A stretch of 38,995 nucleotides of DNA, from contig LWCA01000220.1 of NCBI GenBank assembly GCA_001642005.1, positions 1 to 38,995 of the forward strand, read 5' to 3'. The notes below the pieces were generated by a model. The model was given only the letters and a program-made list of their open reading frames with translations. It was not told the origin of the DNA and did no database searches. Every line of letters starts with the position of its first letter. Within the stretch, counting starts at the first letter, position 1. Both the position numbers and the translations under genes were made by a program. Of the stretch, positions 13,601-22,516 are shown in pieces. The DNA comes from Intoshia linei (Eukaryota > Animalia > Orthonectida).

Positions 13601-14107
13601 TTTTGGTTTTAATAAAATATTTCGGAAAACATATATATGAATACTAAAATGCTTTTTTGACCGTGAAGGCGTCACTTATTCAGATTTAAAATTTTTGTGT
13701 ATGTTAACAGGATACAACTGTACCACCTGTAAATTTTTTACATTCTAGGGCTTTTTAATTGAAAAAAAAGGGTAATTTGTGGTTTTGCCTCTGAAGATAC
13801 ATTTTTTTAAATTTAAATGTATGATATTTATGATTTATGATATAAAAATTTTTCGTATCGTGCCGATACTTTGTCATGATTCACGACTCTTGAACCCATG
13901 CTATAATTAGAATAACTGCATATTATTATTATTATTATTACCGTCACTTGATTCTTGGAAAACATCGGAGAAAGAACAAAAAATTAGATAAATGGTGAGG
14001 CCAGTTGTAACAAAAGTATACACTATATTAAATACATGACAGTTTTTGAGACATCTTTTTGATTTATCCTTTGGAGCAGGCTTTCCAATATTGTAATCGT
14101 TAGCCAT
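7607..14107 (-). CDS. Orphan multi-pass membrane protein (~686 aa, ~8 TM segments, C-terminal helical/coiled-coil tail); 3 exons: 14107-13942, 12463-12074, 9111-7607
   Basis: ORF-track entries 13907..14155, 12048..12602 and 7607..9220 join in frame through two phase-1 GT-AG introns (GAC G|gtaata..ccttag|GA; ACA G|gttttt..atttag|AA). All four splice sites are at homologous positions in the paralogue at 17229-21794. Total 2061 nt with no internal stop. Family not recognised. Confidence 0.75.
9960..10926 (-). mobile_element. Helitron-like repeat R1 copy in intron 2 of the membrane protein gene
   Basis: Colinear with 19540-20330 and 13150-13830. Its minus-strand 5' end reads A|TCCTTAAAATG followed by a GT-rich microsatellite-like tract. 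Confidence 0.7.
12858..13025. repeat. Inverted repeat, 28-bp arms with ~110-bp spacer
   Basis: TTTTTATCAAAGCTTAAAGGGGTAGGTT matches the reverse complement of AACCCTCCCCTTTAAGGTTTGGTAAAAA at 24/28 positions. Confidence 0.55.
13150..13830 (-). mobile_element. Internal fragment of Helitron-like repeat R1 in intron 1 of the membrane protein gene
   Basis: High similarity to 10050-10690, including ggaaatgtgtagacgctcaatgcaca and ccgggaatgcgtagatttctggggtt. Confidence 0.75.
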
Positions 14108-14557
14108 GGTTTTTATTTCAAACTTATTTATTTTGTGATTATTCAACCATAACACTACTCTTTATTGAAATTGGGCCAAATCCTACTCTAGTAAATTCTA
14201 GTTTTATTTTTAAAAAGTTGTATTTAGTAACAGTGTTGACAAAATGGTTATTTAACTCTATAAAAATGCATTTTAATTGTACGATTTATGTAAAGTTTTG
14301 TTAATTTTATCATGTACACAGTTATAATATATACAAAGTGCAAAGACTTTAGAAATGCTTATAATATGCATATATTTACATATTGAAACAATAACAATAT
14401 TTAAATGCAATTAAATTAAATGTCAACATTTTTTTAAGCGTTCTACAATGTACAATATACATTGTACATTGCAATAGTTTATTTTTTAGTTTCACGACCT
14501 TATGATTCAATCCCAATTATAATAATCTTAAGAAACCATATTGCATTTTAAATTACA

Positions 14558-15055
14558 CTAGTTTGACTGTTATGTACTACGTACAAAAAGCACCTAGCTC
14601 TGCGGATGGCACATTTTTATTTTACCAAAAAAATAAATTCATATTGAAAATCTAACTTAAAATCATACTATTCACTATTATCAATTTTTTAAAGCAGTGG
14701 TCCCTAAATTTATTTCATATGGAACCATTATATCACATTACTTTTTACTTTAAACTGAATTATTCTATCTTAATTTTTTTTGGTAACATTTGCGTAAAGA
14801 ATTTGTGTGTGTTAACAAGATACAACTGTACCACCTGTAAATTTTTTTTTAATTCTAGGACTGTTTTCATAAAAAAAAAAGTAATTTGTGGTTTTGGCCC
14901 GTAAGATGTGAGTTCGGGACGCTGAAATTTATCTTATTATATGTTCCGGAAAAAACTGTAATTGAAATGTGGACTTTATAAAATTCTAAGACTGGTAGTT
15001 ACTGAAATAAAGTGGAACACACACACAACACAACAAATATTGCGTAGCATCCTTA
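14558..15055 (-). mobile_element. Internally deleted Helitron-like R1 copy retaining its 3' end
   Basis: The minus-strand 3' end is ...cagtcaaaCTAG|T. 14560-14800 matches 18786-19380 (minus the piggyBac insertion), then joins directly to R1 subrepeats. Confidence 0.6.
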
Positions 15056-15939
15056 TCCTTACTTATGTGTGTGTGTTATTATATCGCAGAGAACCTTATC
15101 TGGATATCTTGAACTTAGTTAGCGTAAGTTACTTTATCAGCGATTATCCCTATTTAATGTTATCAAATGTCGATTTATCTTAATTTTGATAGTTTTTGAA
15201 TTCACAACATCAATCGCAACGTTATTTTAATATTATTCTTTCAATATTGAATTAACAATTGAATAAACAACTATAAAAATATTTGTTTAGCTAAGTTATA
15301 TGCATGAATTTAATAATCAGATTAAATACAAATTTAGACCATTCAAATAACTTATATACCCATAGTTCTGATTGGAATCTTAATGGGGCTTTTCAATATA
15401 TCTATATACATCATGTATCGAAAAACGCTTCTAAAGTTTAAATCACAATATTTTTTATTTGTGCTGACCATATCTGATGTAATTGTTATAATTTAATACA
15501 GAGTATTCCAAATAAGGGACTGAAGGTCAATAATAAAAAATACAGTCAAGGTTATAAAAAATATTGTGGAGCTATTTTTGATTTTCTGGTCCTTCTGTAC
15601 GGTACATTCGAACTTGACTACACTAACTCAAAATTAATAAATTTAGAATAAAGAATTTGTAAAATTTAGCAACGTGGTAAGACGTTAAGACTTTATGGTG
15701 AGACAATTTTAAATTTAAAAATTGCAATATCAAATAACAAATAAGCGTGATAAGTAGAGTAGACAAAAACGAGTAAAGTGATCGAAATAGTCTTTTTAAA
15801 AGTCTTTTACACTAAAATGATTGAAATCTGCTCGTTTTAATAAATATGTTGCATGATTGTTCGGAATGTAAAAATGTGTTTATTTTTAAATTTATAGTGC
15901 CCGATTTTTTAAAAAAAACATATATAATATTATGCAACT

Positions 15940-16075
15940 TTCTAAGATCATCAGAAAACAAATTTTTTGTAATCCGAAATAGAAAATTGCCTTGCAATTT
16001 ATGTAATAGTGACATAAGTTCAAAAGGATCGAATGTAAATCGTCAATTGTTCACATCCAAGCATGTTTTGAGATC
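15940..16075 (+). pseudogene. Decayed zinc-finger remnant resembling the N-terminal finger of DNA transposase-related (CGGBP1/BED-like) proteins
   Basis: FFVIRNRKLPCNLCNSDISSKGSNVNRQLFTSKH has CxxC plus a final SKH, with Q where the first His is expected. No catalytic domain follows. Confidence 0.3.
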
Positions 16076-16139
16076 AAAAATCGGATCCCAAGTATAATCT
16101 TAAAATTCCTTTTTAATCACGTATTATCAGATTGTTCAC

Positions 16140-16760
16140 CCGATTAATTATGGCTTTTTATAAATCCTAACATATGTCCTATAATTGTATACAACATAAA
16201 TTCTGGGATAGTTTTTAAATTCATAAGCATTATCATAAATGGTAACCTAAAAAAATAATTTTTCTGTATCAAAACCACAGATTACCCTTTTTTTAAAAAA
16301 TGAAAACAGTCCTAGAATTATAAAAAAATTACAGATGATACAGTTATATACTGTTAACACAAAAAAAATTTCAATCTGACAAAGTGACGTTTTCACGGTC
16401 AAAACGGCACTTTAATATTCATTTTATATTTATTACAACCTTTTGCAATATTGGTAAAATTCGCCTGGAATATGTTTATAAAGTGAAGCCTCCGTTAATT
16501 ATTGGTACATAATTGGTATTTTTAAGTATTATTAAATTGGTACTGAATATATATCATCAAATTGAAAATGACAAAATAGGTTTTTATAATTTTATTTTTT
16601 CTGGAATTTATGCTATTTTGACAAAATTTAGGATTGGACTGTTTTTACATTATTTTTAATATTATACACATTCTGTCTAATAAATTAAAAAATTGAGATA
16701 ACAATTGTTTTTAAAATTCTTTACGCAAATTTTAACAGACAAAATTAAGATGGAATTACC
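16140..16760 (+). mobile_element. Helitron-like R1 fragments
   Basis: 16140-16420 matches 5700-6000; 16430-16760 is the reverse complement of parts of 19335-19630. Confidence 0.65.
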
Positions 16761-18881
16761 AGAAAAATTTACCGTAAAATGTCCGGTGTTTTATGGAACA
16801 CTAGATTTAATACAATATAGTGACTAAGTTATATCATGCTTCGTTATTATAAAGATGAAATTTGGTAAATTAAATTCTCCGCTTCTTTATGGAATTGACA
16901 TATTTTTATTTTCATAATTAATTATATATACAATTAACGGTTGATAATAACTGAAAAAACATGTAAAAAAATGCATGTTTTGAAATAATATTAAAGTTGA
17001 TTCAATAAAATGAATTTAATTTTTTAGTCTAATGATTAAACTCCAGATGAATTGTAGTATCAGCCAAAAAAAGTACTTGAAAATAAGTGCACAGTTAATA
17101 GTTATGAGTCGATAAATATAATTGTTCCATTAATGGAACAATGGTAACATTGAGTAGTACAAAAATATCATTGTAGGAAAAAACCAAAATTTTAAATTTA
17201 ATTTGAATTAATTTGTAAATCTAAATATTTATTTAATCATTAAAATATCTTTATCTTTATCTTGATCATGTTTACTTTGATTATCATAAATACATCTATA
17301 ATATTTTTCAATGGAAAGAATCAATATGTTTGTAATAACATTTAAAGTTTTTTCGTCCATATCAATAGAAAAAATTTGAGTTAAATTTAGATCATTTTCA
17401 ATCAACATGTTTTGAATAATTTCCAAAATAATTTCCTTGTCTTGAAACATAATTAAACTATCAAGACATATGACCCGTAGCACAATCGCAGAATTTAAAA
17501 AAATTAAAAATTTCAAAAATTTGTTAAATATACTTGGTATATTTGGTTTTCGACATTGAAAAAGAATTACTCGTCAAAATATCTAATGTTTTCAATTTTA
17601 GTTCATCATTTTCGATTGAAGAAAAGATTTGAAGTTGATTTTTTCCGTTTATTGTAACAATCCATTTGGTTTTCAAGATGAATATCATTGCAATAAGTAA
17701 AACTATTATCAAATGAACGATATCAAAAATAAAAGAAAATAAGTGCATATTAAATATAAAATTTTCATTTTGATTGGTGTATTCCAGATTAATTGGATTA
17801 TTGACACTATAATTTAAATTTAGAATCAATATATACAATTCAGTTAAATTATTGAAATGAATATTATAGAATACAAAAATTTTTGATATAATAAATATCA
17901 CTAAAAAGAAGAGACCCGTATAATGATACATGTAAGGACTCTTTAAAAAAATTGATAATAATGCCATAATATAGTTTTTAATTGGTGTGTAGATTTTAGG
18001 ACCTCTGGGTACATGTCTAGCAGATTTTGGATACATTTTTTTGAATGGTTTAATTTTCGTAAAGTTTTTTCGACTATCAATCACCACTGTATTAGTTAAT
18101 ATTATAGAATTTAGATAATTCCCTTTATCATTCAAGGTAACATTGCTACTAGTTAAAATTTTACTCAGTTGTGGGTTCATTTTAATTTCCTCAGATACAT
18201 TTTGTAGAATTATGTGGCCAATGTAGAATAAGATTAAGGAGTGAATAATATACAATGACAGTACACTAAATGTGTAGAATGTAAGAAAATTTGAGATATA
18301 ATTGTTTAATTTTGATATTTTTTAGAGTGAGTTTGTATAATCTTTTAAATGTATTTGATGTATCAAATCTGAAACAGGTGTACCGTTTTCAGTCAAATTG
18401 TGTAAATTGAATATTTTTAGTTTCGTTTCATCAGTTTTTATTATATTTAAATACGAATTTATTGTTGAATATATAGATGGAAATAGTATTAATGATACTG
18501 TACTGTTTAGCAATAATGACACACTTTCAATTAATAGTATTAATTTTAAGTATATTGATGTTTTAGAAAATTGCACAGCACAGCGTGGACAAATTAGCCA
18601 TTTTTAATTGGTGTGAATTTTTTGTCGTGTTAAATGTCATTTGGATGGATTTTTCGTTTTGGTTCCATGAAACATCCTCAAATGTTGTACCAATTGGTAT
18701 TATTGACTTCAAAATCTTTATAATGTATTCTAAAAATTGTTAAAAAATAAATTAAAATAAAATTTTTTTAAAATGTAATTCTAACCAGTTGACTATTATG
18801 TACTACATACAAATAGCACCTAGCTCTACCGATATCACATTTTTATTATACCAAAAAAATTAATTTGAAAATCTAACTTAA

Positions 18882-19231
18882 CCCGAATACTCCCAGACAA
18901 TTTTTTCAAATTTTTTGGCTTCGATTTTTACAAAAATTTGGGAAGTTATATTCATCATATGGTATTCATTAAATTCAGTTATCACAACTATAACATAAAA
19001 AAATATAAAAAATTTTTTCAGTGATTTTTTTTTGCTTTGAAAAATCATTTTGGCCCACTGTAAGTGACACAGGAGGCTAATCGGTGAAAACTTATAACTA
19101 ATATACTCGAATGTTATATAATATACTAATTAATTTAATTTTTCATATTTAATTAACTTTGTTTCAATTTGATACGTGTTTTTAAAATTGTAATGTTGTG
19201 TGACCATATGGTCACACTGGGAGTATTCGGG
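18882..19231. mobile_element. piggyBac-type MITE (350 bp)
   Basis: TTAA|CCCGAATACTCCCAG ... CTGGGAGTATTCGGG|TTAA: perfect 15-bp TIR with TTAA duplication. The empty site (tctaacTTAAaatc) is visible in the homologous repeat at ~14651-14664. Confidence 0.92.
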
Positions 19232-19782
19232 TTAAAAATCCTACTATTCACTATTATCAATCCTTTAATGGAGTGGTTCCCAAACTTATTTCATGTGGAT
19301 CCGTCATATCACATTACATTTTAATTTAAAGTGAATTATTCCATCTTAATTTTGTATTGTTAACATTTGTGTAAAGAATTTTAAAAACAATTGTTACTCT
19401 ATTTTTTTAATTTTTAGACAGTATGCGCATACTCTTAAAAATAAACAATCTTAAAAATTGTTATAAATAGCTTAAATTACAGAAAAAATAAAATTGTAAA
19501 TAAACCTGTTTACTCAGTATCTGCTTTCTATGAGTAAAACATTGATTTTGTATCAATAATAATGAACGGAATCAGCACTTTAGAAACATATTCTAGATGA
19601 ATTTTACTAATATTACAAAGCATTGTAATATATATAAAAATGATAATCACAAAGCTGTACTTTTACTAATTCGTTGTTGTAGTTTTAATTTAAATTTTAA
19701 ATAAAATGTTTTGAAAATGAGAATTTGAGAATGAAAAATTGCGTAGAAATGACAAAAAATACGAAATAATAAATTATATAGA

Positions 19783-19945
19783 TATATTATATATATTATA
19801 TTATATTATATTATATTATATTATATATATTATATTTCCACTCATATATTCTTGATTGAAAAAGTATTCAATACATATTTATNATTATATATATTATATT
19901 TCCACTCATATATTCTTGATTGAAAAAGTATTCAATACATATTTA
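19783..19945. repeat. (ATATT)n microsatellite plus a ~62-bp direct duplication around an N
   Basis: The same ~62 nt lies either side of the n at 19883; probably an assembly junction artefact. Confidence 0.8.
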
Positions 19946-20810
19946 TTTTGAAATTGTAGTATGATTATTTACTTTTTTATTTTTAATTTTACTTCAACAT
20001 TTGCAAAATATTGGTTGATGGTTGAATAATAAATTAAAAATTATTTTTCACCGGGAATGCATAGACTTCTGGGGTTGAAATTTTGTATTTATATCAACTC
20101 TATTAAAGCTCTATCCAAAAAAGCTCTATCAGAAGAATCTTATTTTAATTGTAGGACCATTAATTATATCAATTTTTTTGTTTTAATAAAATAGTTTCGA
20201 AATAAAAAAAAATGAATATTAAAGTACTTTTTTGACCATGAAGGCGTCACTTCATCAGATTGAAATTTTTTGTGTGAGTTAACTGGATATAACTGTATCA
20301 TCTATAATTTTTTAAAAATTCTAGGGCTGTTTCATTTTTAAAAAAAATGTAATCTGGGTTTTTCATTGTGAAAATTACATTTTTTGAGGTACCATTTATG
20401 ATAATGCTTATGAATTTAAAACCCATCCCAGAATTTATGTTGTATAAAATTCTAGGACTTTCTTAATTTAAAAAAAAAGTAATTTGGGGTTTTGGCTGTG
20501 ACAATGTAAGATTTTGAAATTGAAAGTTATCATTATATTGATGAATTTAAAAATTTTTATTAGAATGTGTATTTTTTATAATTCTAGGACGGATTTGAAT
20601 TTAAAAACAAAGTATAATTAGGGTTTTTAACCTTGAAAGACTCAATTTCTGAAATTGAAATTTTCGATAAAACATCACTCTGGAAAAACTGTTATAAAAA
20701 TATAGAATTTGTAAAACTCGACTCCTCTTACTTTCCTAAATAAACTGGAACAAGAAATAAACAGATGTACATTTTTAACCATTTTACTTTATATAAGTAA
20801 GGAGTCCTTA

Positions 20811-20992
20811 GTAGGTTGCCTATTATGTACTACGTCCAATCAACACCCAGCTCTGCTGAGAAGAAGCAGGGAAATTTTTATTCTACCAAAAAAATAAATT
20901 TAGTAAGAAAATCTAAATTAAAAATGCTACTCTTCAATATTATCAATCCTTTAAAGGAGTGGCTACCAAACTTGTTTCACGTGGACCCGTCA
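20811..20992 (-). mobile_element. 3'-terminal fragment of R1
   Basis: Homologous to 14560-14730. It lies a few nt from the 5' end of the 18785-20803 copy, head to tail. Confidence 0.6.
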
Positions 20993-21794
20993 TTGACAAT
21001 GACCTACGGTATTTAGGTTACTAATAAACTCTGATCTAAAAATAAATAATATAAAAGTAATAATAGTACCCAATGAGAAATAATCCGGAAAAACCAATAA
21101 AGAAGCAATTAACACATAAATCATATTAGCATAAGGAAGCATATAATTGATCATAAATGTTAAATATTGAGTGAAAGAAATTATGCATTTTTTCAAAATA
21201 TCAGCATCAAAGTTTTCATGGATAAAATGATTATTTGGTGCAAGGTATATTTTTGCTGGTTCAGTAGTCAAATTTTTAGGTATTAACTTATAAATTTGAG
21301 TTTTTAATAATTTTGTAATTGTATACATCAACGTTTTGCTAATTTCCTTGTTTACATTTGGACATACATTTGTCACCAATATGACATTGAGTATATTAAT
21401 TATCAATAACATTGTGCATAGTACTGTACAAACGTATTTCGTATTTGTAATGTTCAACGACGAATCTAAACTGCAAGTTATATTTAAATTAATAATTTAC
21501 AATTAAAAATCTGGAAATCCCTTGAATTTGGAGACCCTAGCGACCTTCTTGATCACAAATACCCGGAAATTGAATGATAAGGCTTTAAAATTAACAAATA
21601 CAAAGTGTAATATAAAAATAGAAATAAATACTGTTCAATTGATATGCATTAATTTCTTGAAAAGATTTACAGATGAGGTAAATGGATGTGCAAATTGTGA
21701 TGGTTGTGTATGCCACGAAAAATATGCTTCAATTTTTTAAGTATTTTACGAATATCTTGTCATTTTCGTCGTCCGGTATTTCTACATAATTCAT

Positions 21795-22516
21795 GCTGTA
21801 TGGGTTTATTATTTAATAGTTTGTAATAACTTAAGAGTTCAATTTAAAATAAGATTGTCTATTGTTATTTCTTCATCTTTTACAATTTTAAAAATAAGAC
21901 TTTTTTGTACATCAAAAATGGACCATTTTTAACTACTGTAAGCATTAAATAAAATCAATTTGCTCTAATTTAACCTAATCCTTTTACAACCTGATTTGTA
22001 TAATAATACCAGTCACGTAAATGTTAAAATGTACCACCAAGTGTATGTCAGATTAAATCTCATTTAATCATCTTTAAAGTAAAATTTAGTTAAATCTTAA
22101 GTTTAAGTTTAAGTTTGTAGTCAATAAATTAATTTTCAGCGAAAGTTAAAATTTCAGTGTTTAAAAATTTAAACGCAACGTAATTGAATGCATTAGAAAC
22201 ATAAGTACTACCGCTCTGGTAATGGGAAAAGTCGTTCAATATTAATTAGTATCCGTGAAGTAATACTACGTATAAATTGATTTAATTTAAAAAGCCTAGA
22301 CTATTGCAATATAAAAAAAGATACAAGTGTACAATGACAAAAAAACAACCTACAATATTGTTAAAATATTGTTAATATAAATTAATGTAAAAAATTGTGA
22401 ATATATACTATAGTTATTAACTACGAAAAATAATATTAAATTCAATTTAGAACTATAGTTGGAAATACGCGCAATTTTTAATTTATAAATTTATATTTTA
22501 CATTTGATTAACGTTA
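21795..22516. promoter_or_regulatory. Divergent intergenic region, candidate bidirectional promoter
   Basis: 722 nt between the pseudogene ATG (-, 21794) and the KNL1 ATG (+, 22517), free of recognisable transposon copies. No specific promoter motif identified. Confidence 0.35.

Larger units (their letters stand above)
18785..20803 (-). mobile_element. Apparently full-length non-autonomous Helitron-like element R1 (~1.65 kb without the nested insertion)
   Basis: The minus strand starts TCCTTACTTATATAAAG and ends CTGG|T. No TIRs or TSD; internal tandem subrepeats. Other copies end CTAG|T (14558, 22745). The subterminal hairpin is weak. Confidence 0.6.
17229..21794 (-). pseudogene. Pseudogenised tandem paralogue of the membrane protein gene; exons 21794-21632, 21465-21070, 18729 to ~17229
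   Basis: Colinear protein similarity, e.g. IESVSLL/IESISLL, YIIHSLILFYI/YLIHSILIFYI, YMYH, IENDELKLK/IENDELKIK, TNILILSIEK/TNILILSVEK, CPN, QIYK. Disablements: TGA at codon 22 (21731-21729), frameshift/deletion ~18580, TAA at 18322, TAA at 17524 and a nearby frameshift. Confidence 0.85.

Noticed and set aside
19820-19945. 62-bp direct repeat as a biological duplication
   Set aside because: It exactly flanks an N next to a microsatellite, which is typical of a contig-join artefact.
21729-21731. TGA aligned to Cys in the paralogue, suggesting selenocysteine, readthrough or an alternative code
   Set aside because: The same copy has TAA stops and frameshifts; TGT to TGA is a single nonsense change.
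8874-21740. + strand ORFs 8874..9128, 12325..12549, 18398..18607 and 21522..21740
   Set aside because: Antisense shadows of the minus-strand membrane gene copies.
7607-21794. A duplicated two- or three-gene cassette (small plus large membrane protein) suggestive of a toxin-antidote pair or an intronless viral insert
   Set aside because: Conserved, phase-compatible splice sites in both copies join the ORFs into one gene. The open frame 9211-9112 leaves a small chance of an independent start.
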